Assembly: GCA_021399395.1 (NCBI GenBank)
Contig: JAAFKJ010000123.1
Location: forward strand, 1-42,996
DNA: 42,996 nt
Direction: 5' to 3'
DNA from: Candidatus Heimdallarchaeota archaeon
GTDB taxonomy: Archaea; Asgardarchaeota; Heimdallarchaeia; Heimdallarchaeales; Heimdallarchaeaceae
The notes below the pieces were generated by a model. It ran no database searches. It saw only the letters and a list, made by a program, of their open reading frames with translations, and had not been told where the DNA came from. Positions 27,747 to 38,155 of this stretch are shown here, piece after piece. A program made the position numbers and the translations under genes. Every line of letters begins with the position of its first letter. Position 1 is the first letter of the stretch.

Positions 27747-29045
27747 CTATTTCTTGCTTAGTACAATTTCATTCAAGGCTTTAAGGAAGATTCTGATTTC
27801 CTCATGTGTATTATAATGAACTAAACTAATACGGTAAACATTGGGTTGGTTATAGACATCTTGAGCATAAGAATAGAAATTAGCTGCTCGTGCTGCTATA
27901 CCTGCTTCTTTCCATAACCGTTGAGCTATTTCATCTCCAGGGATGTTATCGACTTCAATAGAAAAGGTTGGATCTCTTTCGATTAAGCGATTTACATCTC
28001 TTATTCCAAAAACGGTCACACCAGGTATGTCAAGTAAACCTGGTACATCATCATATCCTGTGAGTATAGATTTTGAAAATCCTACTTCATACTTCTCGAT
28101 TGCATCCATTGCGATTCTAAGTGAGCGTTTCTTTTCTCCTAATAGTCCATATTTCTCTCCATCCTGAGATTTAATTTGGTCAGAAAGCCAATGAAAATGA
28201 TCCATTACTCCGCTGATTGATGCAAATGTTGCTTGATTTCTTGTTCCCCATTCATACTTACCTGGAGGAATATTGGTTGCAGGTTTTACTTTGAAAGGCT
28301 TGAGCGCTTCTAGATGTTCTTGTTTGCCATAAAGATAACTTCCATGAGAACCAAAGAGTTTGTATCCTGAAAAGACTAGAAAATCACAATCCATAGCTTG
28401 AACGTCTGTTGGACCATGTGCTATGTGATGAACTGCATCTACAAGGAAATACGCACCAACCTCTTTTGCCATCTTTCCAATTTCTTCCAAAGGACTCTTT
28501 GTACCTAACATGTTTGAAGCTGATGTAACAGTTACAATCTTTGTATTTGAATCAATTAACCCTTGTAAATGTTCCATATCCATGGTACCTTCCTCCATAT
28601 TGAGCTTTGAGAATCTAAGTTGTTGGATTTTACCTCGTTCCTCCAATTCAACCCATGGACTAATATTAGTATAGTGCTCGTAATCAGTAGTGACTACATT
28701 TTCTCTTCCTGTAAGCTCTTTTCCTAAGGCATAACTTAAATTGAAGAATAAAGATGTAGCAGATTCACCAGAAACAATTGTAGAAGGAGATGGGGCATTT
28801 AGAAAATCAGCCACAGCTTGCCTTCCTGCTTGAATAACAGCTTCAGCCTGTTTAGATTCGGCAAAGATGGCACCTACATTTGCACTACAATTTATCCGGG
28901 CTTCAGCTTCAGCTTCTGCTGCTTTATCAACTACAAGCGTTGCTGTACCATTATCAAAAAAAGCTCGTTTTTGACCAGTGAAATCAGTAACTGCTCTAGG
29001 GAAGGCAACCCTAATCTGATTTATTAATTCTTGATTGAACATCAT
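27747..29045 (-). CDS. Class V aminotransferase, cysteine desulfurase-like (lacks catalytic Cys)
   Basis: FFDNG, EHYTN, VDAVH, FSGYK (PLP Lys), GIAARAANFY, RISLVHYNT. Confidence 0.88.
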   Translation of the reverse strand: MMFNQELINQIRVAFPRAVTDFTGQKRAFFDNGTATLVVDKAAEAEAEARINCSANVGAIFAESKQAEAVIQAGRQAVADFLNAPSPSTIVSGESATSLFFNLSYALGKELTGRENVVTTDYEHYTNISPWVELEERGKIQQLRFSKLNMEEGTMDMEHLQGLIDSNTKIVTVTSASNMLGTKSPLEEIGKMAKEVGAYFLVDAVHHIAHGPTDVQAMDCDFLVFSGYKLFGSHGSYLYGKQEHLEALKPFKVKPATNIPPGKYEWGTRNQATFASISGVMDHFHWLSDQIKSQDGEKYGLLGEKKRSLRIAMDAIEKYEVGFSKSILTGYDDVPGLLDIPGVTVFGIRDVNRLIERDPTFSIEVDNIPGDEIAQRLWKEAGIAARAANFYSYAQDVYNQPNVYRISLVHYNTHEEIRIFLKALNEIVLSKK

Positions 29046-29071
29046 ATGATAGTTTTTGATTCACAATTAGA

Positions 29072-29920
29072 TTAAAAGTTTCTGACATAATCACTCAATT
29101 GTCCCAAAAACTCTAATCTCTCTTCTGGTTTGATATCTCCCCTAGATAGATCAAGTATTACTCTATGAATTCCATTTTCTTTATATTCATTGATCAGCAA
29201 TTCCAAATCTGTATCTCTATAAACATCAACATGAACTGATAAATAGAAATCTCTACCCTTTAGCCTCTCTTGATGAGGCTCAATTAGTTGTTTGATTTCC
29301 TGACCACTTGCACCAGCTGGATGTAATCCATCACCGAATTCTATCGCTGTTTCTACCATATAATCCGATGTTCCTGCCACAATTAAAGGTAATTCAGAAA
29401 GCTCAGCCCTTAAAGGTTTGAAGCTTACATTTTGAAATTGATAATATTCTCCCTCAAATGAAGTTTCGCCATTCCATAAGGCTCTAATAATTTGAAGACC
29501 CTCCCGAAGTTTGCTACCACGTTTCTTAAAATTCTCACCAAGGAAACCAAATTCCTTCTCGTTCCATCCTGCACCAAATGTCATCACAACTCTACCATCA
29601 GTTAAATAATCTAAAGTAGCTAGTTGTTTAGCAATGATGATAGGATTTCTTATTGGAAGTACAAGCGTAGATACTCCAAACTTAATTTTCTCGGTGTGTC
29701 CTGCAAGAAACGCTATAGTTGTCAATGGTTCAGCAATATTATTGTAGAGTGCAGTAGTTGTATCACCATAAATTGTTAATCCTTTCTCATCAGATTGCAT
29801 GATATGATCAACCATCCAAAGGGATTCAAAACCTGCTTGTTCAGCTACTTTTGCAGTTTCGATTAAGAAGTCCCTCTTTAAATTAGCATCAAAATTTTCT
29901 ACTGTATAACCAAACTTCAT
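29072..29920 (-). CDS. LLM class (F420/flavin-dependent) oxidoreductase
   Basis: AEQAGFESLWMVDH, IAKQLATLD, GAGWNEKEF. Confidence 0.9.
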   Translation of the reverse strand: MKFGYTVENFDANLKRDFLIETAKVAEQAGFESLWMVDHIMQSDEKGLTIYGDTTTALYNNIAEPLTTIAFLAGHTEKIKFGVSTLVLPIRNPIIIAKQLATLDYLTDGRVVMTFGAGWNEKEFGFLGENFKKRGSKLREGLQIIRALWNGETSFEGEYYQFQNVSFKPLRAELSELPLIVAGTSDYMVETAIEFGDGLHPAGASGQEIKQLIEPHQERLKGRDFYLSVHVDVYRDTDLELLINEYKENGIHRVILDLSRGDIKPEERLEFLGQLSDYVRNF

Positions 29921-29965
29921 TTTCTATCACTTGAATTATTAATTTACACCTAAACAAGATAAACT

Positions 29966-30277
29966 TTATTCTACAATTCTTTCAACTTTGAATATTACAG
30001 GTCTTATCCCATCAGGACAAGCTGTATAAATCATATTTTCACCTGTCCAATCTGAAAAATTTCCTCCATTTTTTAAGATTTGAACATTCTTGTATAATCC
30101 AAACCATGCATGATGGCAAAAATTTTCAGGCATATTTCCTGTTTCATCTACAATGAATTCTTCACCCATATTAAGCCAGCAGATTGGTATAGGTCTTCCA
30201 TCTGATCTTATGAATTCCTCTCCAAGAATGTCTTTTGGACTAAATTTCTTAATTACAGTTAATTTTACTTGAGACAT
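29966..30277 (-). CDS. TIGR04076-like small Cys protein
   Basis: PENFCHHAW, ACPDGIRPVIFKVER. Confidence 0.8.
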   Translation of the reverse strand: MSQVKLTVIKKFSPKDILGEEFIRSDGRPIPICWLNMGEEFIVDETGNMPENFCHHAWFGLYKNVQILKNGGNFSDWTGENMIYTACPDGIRPVIFKVERIVE

Positions 30278-30370
30278 TGAGTTTAACTCCTATTTTTGAT
30301 AAACAGAAAGAAGTGTACACAGACAGTTATAAGGCAAACGTTCAAAATATGTTCTCTCTTTATATGATTA

Positions 30371-31396
30371 ATGGGCAAAGAAGAGATCAATGTTCTATGT
30401 ATCTGGCAACCAAACGAAAGATTGCTGCGGTATCTGGAAGAAGGATTAAGCAATTATCCACAAGTTAAACTAATTATCCCACCAAATTTAGATCAAGAAA
30501 CCTTATTGGAACTAGCTCCTGAAGCTGATATCATCATGGGTTGGAGACCAATAAAAGAGTTACTTGAAACTGCTAAGAAAGCTAAACTCTTCATTAATCC
30601 TGGTGCTGGAGTACAACATCTCATCCCTATTTTTAAGGAGGTTACAGCTGATAGAGAATTAACTCTAGTTAATGGGCATGGTAACGCCTATTTCACTGCT
30701 CAACATGTTGTAGCAATTTTATTAGCTCTTATGAATAAGGTAATTCTCCATCATAATTGGATGATAGACGGTCATTGGAGGAGAGGTGATTCTTTTGCTA
30801 CTTCCATTCCTTTACGCGGACAAAAAGTTGGTTTACTCGGATATGGTGCAGTAAATCGTCTTGTACATAAATTCTTGGTGGGCTTTGATCTTGAATTTTC
30901 AGTTTTGCGGAGAGATTGGAGTAAACATACTGATTCTTTGCCAACACCAGTTGAAAAATACACATTTGAAGATTTGTCAAAGTTTTTGACTGAAGTAGAT
31001 ATTTTGATAGTGGCTATTCCTTTAACCTCAAAAACTGAAGGATTAATCAAAGAAAAAGAACTAGTACTATTGGGTAAAGATGGTTTTCTTGTTAATGTAG
31101 GTCGAGGTCAAGTAATTGATGAAAGAAGTTTGTATAAGGTCCTTAAAGAGGAAAAAATTGCTGGAGCAGCAATAGATGTTTGGTATAATTATCAACCAGA
31201 ACCAGATGTAGATGGAAAAAAGTACCCTACCAAGTATCCTTTTCATGATTTAGATAATGTTATTTTATCTCCTCACAGAGGAGCATCTCCTATGAGTGAT
31301 TTGAAAAGATGGGATGAGCAAATAGAAAATATATTACGTTTTGCTGATGCTCGAAAAGATTTCATCAATGTTGTAAATCTTGATGAAGGGTATTAG
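30371..31396 (+). CDS. D-2-hydroxyacid dehydrogenase family
   Basis: GLLGYGAV, VNVGRG, IDVW, LSPH. Confidence 0.9.
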   Translation: MGKEEINVLCIWQPNERLLRYLEEGLSNYPQVKLIIPPNLDQETLLELAPEADIIMGWRPIKELLETAKKAKLFINPGAGVQHLIPIFKEVTADRELTLVNGHGNAYFTAQHVVAILLALMNKVILHHNWMIDGHWRRGDSFATSIPLRGQKVGLLGYGAVNRLVHKFLVGFDLEFSVLRRDWSKHTDSLPTPVEKYTFEDLSKFLTEVDILIVAIPLTSKTEGLIKEKELVLLGKDGFLVNVGRGQVIDERSLYKVLKEEKIAGAAIDVWYNYQPEPDVDGKKYPTKYPFHDLDNVILSPHRGASPMSDLKRWDEQIENILRFADARKDFINVVNLDEGY

Positions 31397-31970
31397 AACT
31401 CTTCCACGCTTTGTATTTTTTATTGAATATTATAGCAAAAGGGAATGCAAGTGAATAAATGAATAACTCAAAAAGCACCGAGCCTTCTTCTGGTGGAATT
31501 CCTTTTAACCTACTTTCAAAAGCATCCAAAGTGTTTCCCATGAGATTTCCTATGGTAACCATTTCTATAACGAGTTGAATGTCTCTTGCTTCTTCTTCAC
31601 CATAAAATCCTATTACACTTTCCCAAATTTCAGATGAAGGTTTCCCTCCAGTTTCAGCATAATGCTGTGCATAGGCAAGTGCTACTACTTCATCAGGATC
31701 ACAAGAACCAAAATCTTGTGTCATTATTTGTTCTATTTCCTCTTCACTACAACCCTGATTAATTGCTGCTTTTGTGTGCCCCCACTCACAATATCTACAA
31801 CCATTAACGGCCGTTACTGCAAGCATTATACGTTCTTGAAATTGTCGACTTACTCTTCCTGATTTCCGTGCTCCCTTAATATTGGAAGATTTCTTCATCA
31901 TTCTAACAATATCTCTGAAAAAGATTCTAAAAGTGTATGAACGTTTCCTAAAGTATTGCTTGCCCAGCAT
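31365..31970 (-). CDS. Carboxymuconolactone decarboxylase / AhpD family
   Basis: ERIMLAVTAVNGCRYCEWGH. Confidence 0.88.
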   Translation of the reverse strand: MLGKQYFRKRSYTFRIFFRDIVRMMKKSSNIKGARKSGRVSRQFQERIMLAVTAVNGCRYCEWGHTKAAINQGCSEEEIEQIMTQDFGSCDPDEVVALAYAQHYAETGGKPSSEIWESVIGFYGEEEARDIQLVIEMVTIGNLMGNTLDAFESRLKGIPPEEGSVLFELFIYSLAFPFAIIFNKKYKAWKSSNTLHQDLQH

Positions 31971-32051
31971 GAAACAAACCTAAAATAACAAGATAAAAAC
32001 ATCTCTATGTATATTAAAATAAATAAAAATAAAAAGAAAAGAAAAAGAATT

Positions 32052-33092
32052 TTAGATTTCAGGAAAATGACAAGCTATATAGTGGTTTGGTTCGACTTCT
32101 TCCAAATCTGGTGTAACTTTTGAACAGAGTTCTTGTGCTTTGTAACACCTTGGATGGAACGGACAACCTGAGGGGGGATTTATTGGACTTGGGACATCTC
32201 CTTCCAGAATAATACGATCCATTTTAATACGAGGATCTGGACGAGGAATGGCAGACAGCAAAGATACTGAATAAGGATGTCCTGTTTTTCTGAATAACTC
32301 TCCTGTTGGTGACATTTCCATGATTTTTCCTAGATACATGACCGCTACTCTATCTGAAACGTGTTTGATAACACTGAGATCATGTGCAATAAACATGAAA
32401 GTTAGATCGAAGTCTTTCTGTAAATCGTGTAACAAGTTCAAGATTTGTGCCTGAACTGAAACATCTAAAGCAGATACGGGCTCATCTAACAGAATAACTT
32501 CTGGATGAATAGCTAATGCTCTTGCAATTCCTAGCCTTTGTCTTTGCCCGCCACTGAATTCATGAGGGTATCTCAAAGCATGATAATCTTCTAATCCTAC
32601 CTTAGCAAGAATTTCTAGAACCCTAGCTTCTTTTTCTTCATATAACATGTCTGGAAAATGTATATCAAAGGGTTCTTTGATTAGGTCAAGAACCATTCTT
32701 CTTGGGTTTAAACTGGAATAAGGATCTTGGAATACCATCTGGAGTTGTCTTTTAACTGCAAGTTCTTCTTCTCTGGTCATAGGTTGAAAAATATCTATTC
32801 CTTTGAAGTAAACAGAACCTTCGGTTGGTTCCTCAAGTTTCACAGTTACTTTAGCAGTTGTACTCTTACCACAACCTGATTCTCCTACAATACCAAGTGT
32901 TTCACCTTTATTCAGAAAAAGATTCACACCATCTACAGCTTTGATATGAGCTACAACGCGAGAGAAGAGTATAGATTGTTGGCTTACAGGAAACCATTTC
33001 TTCATATTATGAATAGAGATAATTGGTTGAGTTTTAGCATCCCAACTAGAGAATAGGTCTACTGTCTCAAATTCTTCAAACGTTGTTGTCAT
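32052..33092 (-). CDS. oppF: Oligopeptide/dipeptide ABC transporter ATPase
   Basis: GESGCGKS, FSGGQRQR, DEPVSALD, PSGCPFHPRC. Confidence 0.93.
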   Translation of the reverse strand: MTTTFEEFETVDLFSSWDAKTQPIISIHNMKKWFPVSQQSILFSRVVAHIKAVDGVNLFLNKGETLGIVGESGCGKSTTAKVTVKLEEPTEGSVYFKGIDIFQPMTREEELAVKRQLQMVFQDPYSSLNPRRMVLDLIKEPFDIHFPDMLYEEKEARVLEILAKVGLEDYHALRYPHEFSGGQRQRLGIARALAIHPEVILLDEPVSALDVSVQAQILNLLHDLQKDFDLTFMFIAHDLSVIKHVSDRVAVMYLGKIMEMSPTGELFRKTGHPYSVSLLSAIPRPDPRIKMDRIILEGDVPSPINPPSGCPFHPRCYKAQELCSKVTPDLEEVEPNHYIACHFPEI

Positions 33093-33093
33093 T

Positions 33094-34125
33094 TTAGACC
33101 TCCTCCTTTACTGCAGCACGATCAAGTATTGCCTCTTTACCTACATGAAGATCTAATTCCTCAAAGTGATGGCATGCTACTCTACGTCCCCTTCCAAATT
33201 TATGTTCGGGAGGACGCATACGAGAACAAATCTCTGTTGCATACTTGCATCTTGGATGAAAACGACATCCTTTAGGTGGATTGATGAGCCGTGGCACATT
33301 TCCTGGAATGGTCATTAAACGAGTCTTATCTGCTTCTAAACTTGGAATACTTTCGAAAAGAGCATAGGTATAGGGGTGCTTTGGATTGACGAAAATGTCT
33401 TCTGTATATCCAGATTCAACAACACGACCTCCATAAAATATGTGTACTCTTTTAGTAATTTCAGCTACTACTCCAAGGTTGTGTGTAATAAGCATCATTC
33501 CTAATCCTAGTTTTTGTTGCATATCCTTAATAATCCCAAGAACCTGTGCTTGAATAGTTACATCTAAGGCAGTAGTAGGTTCATCTGCGATTAACAGACT
33601 TGGTTGCAAAGCTAGTGCTCGTGCAATAAGAATTCTTTGCCTCATACCACCACTGAATTGATGTGGGTAATCTGTTATACGTGTTTCTGCTTCAGAAATT
33701 CCAACTTGATCAAGAGATTCGATAGCGATTTCCAATGCTTCCTTTTTACTACATCTTCTATGAAGAGCAATAACCTCTGTCATTTGATCAGAAATTTTGA
33801 AGATAGGGTTAAGACTTGTCATAGGATCTTGGAAAATCATAGCTATTTCTTTACCTCTGATTTTTCGCATTTGAAGGTCAGGTAAATCAAGCAAATTGAC
33901 TCCTTTGTATATGATGTCTCCTGAAACAGTTTTTCCGTTTTTAGGCAGAATCCTTAAAGTAGAATGTGCTGTTACAGTTTTTCCACAACCAGATTCTCCT
34001 ACAACTCCAACAGGTTCTCCTTTCATAACATCAAAGGATACTCCATCTAAGGCCTCAACTATTCCAGATTCGGTATAGAAATAGGTATATACATCTTTTA
34101 GTTCTAAAATTGGTTTTTCAGTCAT
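33094..34125 (-). CDS. oppD: Oligopeptide/dipeptide ABC transporter ATPase
   Basis: GESGCGKT, FSGGMRQR, DEPTTALD, GCRFHPRC. Confidence 0.93.
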   Translation of the reverse strand: MTEKPILELKDVYTYFYTESGIVEALDGVSFDVMKGEPVGVVGESGCGKTVTAHSTLRILPKNGKTVSGDIIYKGVNLLDLPDLQMRKIRGKEIAMIFQDPMTSLNPIFKISDQMTEVIALHRRCSKKEALEIAIESLDQVGISEAETRITDYPHQFSGGMRQRILIARALALQPSLLIADEPTTALDVTIQAQVLGIIKDMQQKLGLGMMLITHNLGVVAEITKRVHIFYGGRVVESGYTEDIFVNPKHPYTYALFESIPSLEADKTRLMTIPGNVPRLINPPKGCRFHPRCKYATEICSRMRPPEHKFGRGRRVACHHFEELDLHVGKEAILDRAAVKEEV

Positions 34126-34131
34126 TTTGTA

Positions 34132-35391
34132 TCACTCTCTCAATCTTGGATCTAAGGCATCTCTTAATGCGTCACCTAGTAAGTTAAAGGCTAATACCAC
34201 AAAGAATATTGAAAAACCTGGAAGTAACGCTAATTCAGGATTTGTTTTAAGCACTGTTTGTGCATCGTTAACCATTTGTCCCCAAGAGATTGTTGTAGGA
34301 CTTCCTAGTCCTAGGAAAGTCAAGCCTGCTTCTGCAAGAATACCTCCTGCAACACCAATTGTAGCTATAACAATAATTGGAGCTAAGATATTTGGAAGAA
34401 TATGTACCATAATGATACGTCTGTTGCTCGCACCTAGTACCCTTGCTGCATTAACATAATCTAAATTGTAGATTTGCCGCGTGTTCGCACTAACTAACCT
34501 ACATAACCCAGCCCAACCGAAAACACCAAGCACTATGATGATAACAATTGACTGCGGGATCTGTCGTAGAAATTCTAGTCTTCCTCTTCTTATGAAAGAA
34601 ACAGCTAGAATAGCAATTACGAGAAATGGTAAAGCAAGAAACATATCTGTAAGTCTCATGATTATTTCTTCTGTCCAACCTCTGTAATATCCAGCTAAAG
34701 CACCCAGTGTCACACCTATAAGGACTGATAGTACGGTTGAGAAAACTCCTACTGTCAGGGAAACTTCACTTCCTGCAAGCAATCTTGAAAATTCATCTCT
34801 ACCAAGAACATCAGTACCACCTGGATATTTTAAGTTTGGATTAGCGAGTGATCCTCCACCGTTCCATGCATCAAAGAGGGGTTCTACTCCTACAGAACTA
34901 AATGGCATTAGGATTGGATAAATGATGGCTAAAACTGTGATTCCAATAACTAGAGCACCAGATAGCAAGGCTACTTTGTTTCTTCTGTATCTTCTCCACA
35001 CTAATGACCATTGAGAAGGACTCCTTTCTCTTAGAGTTCCATCCTTTGCAATAATCACCTCTTTCTTAGCTGTTGATTTTCTATAATAGTGCCAAGAAAA
35101 TCTAAATCCAGTCCAAATCAGAGCTAGAACTGTTACAAAAAGGAAATACATTCCCCATCCTTGGGCTGAACCAATGCCAACATATTCTACAGAGACTCCA
35201 AAAGCCGGTATTAGAACACCTATACCTATGAGTATTACCAAGAACTCAGTAATGTAGTTCAGAAAATAATGTTTCCAAAGCACGGCTAATGTTCCGACCC
35301 AGGACATTGATTTTGGTAATCTGTGTTCTACTAGGTAATCGTCTAATCTCTGTGCGAAAGTCATTTTTGTTGTATCTTCTATTCTTTGCAT
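34132..35391 (-). CDS. oppC: Oligopeptide ABC permease with N-terminal extra TM helices
   Basis: GTDVLGRD, EAA-like YVNAARVLGAS, GDALRDALDPR. Confidence 0.92.
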   Translation of the reverse strand: MQRIEDTTKMTFAQRLDDYLVEHRLPKSMSWVGTLAVLWKHYFLNYITEFLVILIGIGVLIPAFGVSVEYVGIGSAQGWGMYFLFVTVLALIWTGFRFSWHYYRKSTAKKEVIIAKDGTLRERSPSQWSLVWRRYRRNKVALLSGALVIGITVLAIIYPILMPFSSVGVEPLFDAWNGGGSLANPNLKYPGGTDVLGRDEFSRLLAGSEVSLTVGVFSTVLSVLIGVTLGALAGYYRGWTEEIIMRLTDMFLALPFLVIAILAVSFIRRGRLEFLRQIPQSIVIIIVLGVFGWAGLCRLVSANTRQIYNLDYVNAARVLGASNRRIIMVHILPNILAPIIVIATIGVAGGILAEAGLTFLGLGSPTTISWGQMVNDAQTVLKTNPELALLPGFSIFFVVLAFNLLGDALRDALDPRLRE

Positions 35392-35406
35392 TTTTCATCC
35401 ACCATA

Positions 35407-38019
35407 TTATAGTTCAATTCGGGGGTCAACAGCAACATACGCTATGTCTGTTAATAAATTCCCTAGCAGTATTAATATCGTAAGCAACGCCGTCGTACCT
35501 AGTATCATTGGAAAGTCTAACAGGTTTACAGCACTAACATATTTGAATCCTAGTCCAGGCCATGAGAATAGTGTTTCAGTAATTGGAGCTCCTGCAAGAG
35601 CTGATGCTAGAAACAATCCAACATATGTAACTACAGGGATGAGAACATTTCTGAAAGCATGTCTCCAGGTAATAGCTCTCTCTGAAAGTCCATTTGCTCT
35701 AGCTGATAAAATATAATCTTGTCTAAGAACTTCAAGCATTGTTGATCTTACCAATCTGGTATATAGAGCAATAGATGCAAATGTCAAAGCTATTATTGGT
35801 AAAACCATATGCATCATTGAATCTAGTAATCTAACTGATACATTCGCCCACCACGTTGACATATCGCCGCTCCAGAATAATTGCCAATTCGTATTACTAA
35901 ATACTGCAGTTGGGGTTGGTATACGATGAGCTTTAGCAGCTGGGAACCAGCCTAATCCATACCCACTAAATATGTATATCAATAGTAATCCAAACACGAA
36001 AATAGGCATTGAAAGACCTAATAATGCAAATGCACTAGCTGCTGAATCAATCCATGAATTTTGATTCTTAGCTGCTAAAACCCCTAAAGGTATTGCTATT
36101 AGGAGTGCAAATACAAAAGATGCTAATTGAAGTTTTAATGTTTCCCAAACTAGTCCTCCTATCATATCATTGATAGATTGACCTGATTGGAAACTAGTAC
36201 CCATATCACCATGAAGTAAATTATAGAACCACACTACAAATTGAACATAGATGGGCTGATCTAACCCTAATTTGCGCGTAAGGTTTATTCTATCTGCTTC
36301 CGTTACTCTTTGTTTCCCTAGAAGAAGCAATGCTACGGGATCTCCCATTCCACTGACCATTACAAACGTCATAACACATATTGCTATAAATAGAGGAATG
36401 AGGGTTAGCAATCTTCTTGTGATATATGTTGTTAATCTTAAAGAAACTACATTCTTAATCCATTTAACTACACCAGTTCCTCCCATTCTCCTAGTCAAAG
36501 TAGATCCAGTTGGTTTTTGCCAATCGACAGGTAAGAAAAGACCAGTGAGCATCACAAAGACGCCTATTACAAATATATAGAAACCAGGTTCAATGGTTCC
36601 AGTAAGAGCTATATCGAAGTAAGCGGGATTTGAATCATTAGGGTTAAACGTAACAGGATTTACGGTAAGTGCTTCTTGTCCCGTAATTACTGCTTCATAT
36701 CGTCCAGCAGCAATAATTATAGACCGGTTCATTGCCAGAACGGCTGCTATTAGAGACACAAGCAAAAGGACACCACCAGCTATATCAGCCATAATTCCTC
36801 TAGATTTCAACTCTCCACTTTGGAAAACTTGACCTAGAACTATCGCCATAAGAGCGAAGAGTATAGAGAACCAAATTGCTGCTGCTAAAATAACTACGCT
36901 GCTAGGAACTTCTGCCTGCAAGTATCGGGATTGTGTTACATTGTTGTAGGTATCATATGTTATCAGTCTATAATCAATACTGAAGCTGTATACTTCAACA
37001 AGATCTCCATAACTATCTCTGTTAAAACGAGGTCTTACACTATAAACTTCTAAACCAGTTCCTGTTTCAGCAACGTATGCATATCCATCGATAACAAAAA
37101 GTGCTATTGATTCTGTGGGGGTTTCAAATATGCCTGCTTCATATAAATTTGTAGGGTCAACAATTGAAACAATATGTAAACCGTAACTGGAATCTACAAC
37201 ATAAGCGTGTTCATTGTCTATATCTATTTCATTAACGATTCCAGATACTTGATACTGACCACCTAGCATAGGGGCATCAAGACTTGTTATATTGATTGAT
37301 TGTAATCCGAAGTTTTCACCTACAATATATGCATAATTGCCTTGCACATCAACATCATAGACTGGATTGCCTGCTTCATAAGTTCCAATTAAAACTGGAT
37401 CTGTTGGATCACTTACATTTAGAATATGTAATCCCACTGTAGAATCTACAACATAAGCAACGTCCTCTCGGACCACCACACTATTAACATCTCCAGAAAT
37501 GCTATAGGTGCCTTCTTGAGTTGGTGTGGCTGGAATACTTACATCTAAGATTTGTAATCCTACTGTAGAATCTACAACATATGCATAGTCATTTGCAACA
37601 TATACATTGTTTGCACCGCCTGCGATGCCATACGTTCCTAAACTTGTTGGTGTCGTTGGATCTGTTATATCAACAGTTTGTAACCCTGTATTCGTATCCG
37701 CAATATATGCAACATTGTTTGCAACAAATATACCATTAGCACTACCAGTTATACCGTATAGTCCTATAGTGTCTAGAGCCATGGGGTCTGTTACATTTAC
37801 AACAATTAAACCTGCATCGGCAGTCAGAACGTATGCAAAACCACTATCATAATAGACAGCAGTTAGATTATTTGCAATTATTTGTGTATCAACTAATACA
37901 ATGGGTTCCGGCTCCGCAGATGTTGAATCAAAATCAAGTCCATACAAAGGTACAAAAGCTGCGATAAAGATAAGGAGAAATCCAACAATTTTAAGAGAAA
38001 TTGCTACACTTTTATCCAT
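35407..38019 (-). CDS. oppB: OppB/DppB permease fused to N-terminal LVIVD-repeat domain
   Basis: About six ~42 aa AYV(V/A)D..GL.I.D(V/I)(S/T)DP repeats, then TM helices, then YITRRLL..GDP..LGLDQP..RSTMLEVL..HAFRN..DPRI. Confidence 0.9.
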   Translation of the reverse strand: MDKSVAISLKIVGFLLIFIAAFVPLYGLDFDSTSAEPEPIVLVDTQIIANNLTAVYYDSGFAYVLTADAGLIVVNVTDPMALDTIGLYGITGSANGIFVANNVAYIADTNTGLQTVDITDPTTPTSLGTYGIAGGANNVYVANDYAYVVDSTVGLQILDVSIPATPTQEGTYSISGDVNSVVVREDVAYVVDSTVGLHILNVSDPTDPVLIGTYEAGNPVYDVDVQGNYAYIVGENFGLQSINITSLDAPMLGGQYQVSGIVNEIDIDNEHAYVVDSSYGLHIVSIVDPTNLYEAGIFETPTESIALFVIDGYAYVAETGTGLEVYSVRPRFNRDSYGDLVEVYSFSIDYRLITYDTYNNVTQSRYLQAEVPSSVVILAAAIWFSILFALMAIVLGQVFQSGELKSRGIMADIAGGVLLLVSLIAAVLAMNRSIIIAAGRYEAVITGQEALTVNPVTFNPNDSNPAYFDIALTGTIEPGFYIFVIGVFVMLTGLFLPVDWQKPTGSTLTRRMGGTGVVKWIKNVVSLRLTTYITRRLLTLIPLFIAICVMTFVMVSGMGDPVALLLLGKQRVTEADRINLTRKLGLDQPIYVQFVVWFYNLLHGDMGTSFQSGQSINDMIGGLVWETLKLQLASFVFALLIAIPLGVLAAKNQNSWIDSAASAFALLGLSMPIFVFGLLLIYIFSGYGLGWFPAAKAHRIPTPTAVFSNTNWQLFWSGDMSTWWANVSVRLLDSMMHMVLPIIALTFASIALYTRLVRSTMLEVLRQDYILSARANGLSERAITWRHAFRNVLIPVVTYVGLFLASALAGAPITETLFSWPGLGFKYVSAVNLLDFPMILGTTALLTILILLGNLLTDIAYVAVDPRIEL
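37411..37585. repeat. Near-identical 49-bp intragenic repeats 126 bp apart
   Basis: 37411-37459 vs 37537-37585 share the CTGTAGAATCTACAACATA core. Confidence 0.85.
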
Positions 38020-38141
38020 AATTAATCACTCGAGTGGAATGAATAGTATAATCTATTCTTTTATTGAAAGACGTTGAAGTTTTTATAAATGTTGTCTAGT
38101 GTTATTCTATATATAAAAAAATAAGAGATTCTCCTTTTGAG

Positions 38142-38155
38142 TCGGAAATTTCCGA
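38142..38155. promoter_or_regulatory. Perfect 14-bp palindrome, candidate operator of the opp operon
   Basis: TCGGAAATTTCCGA, about 120 bp upstream of oppB. Confidence 0.45.
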
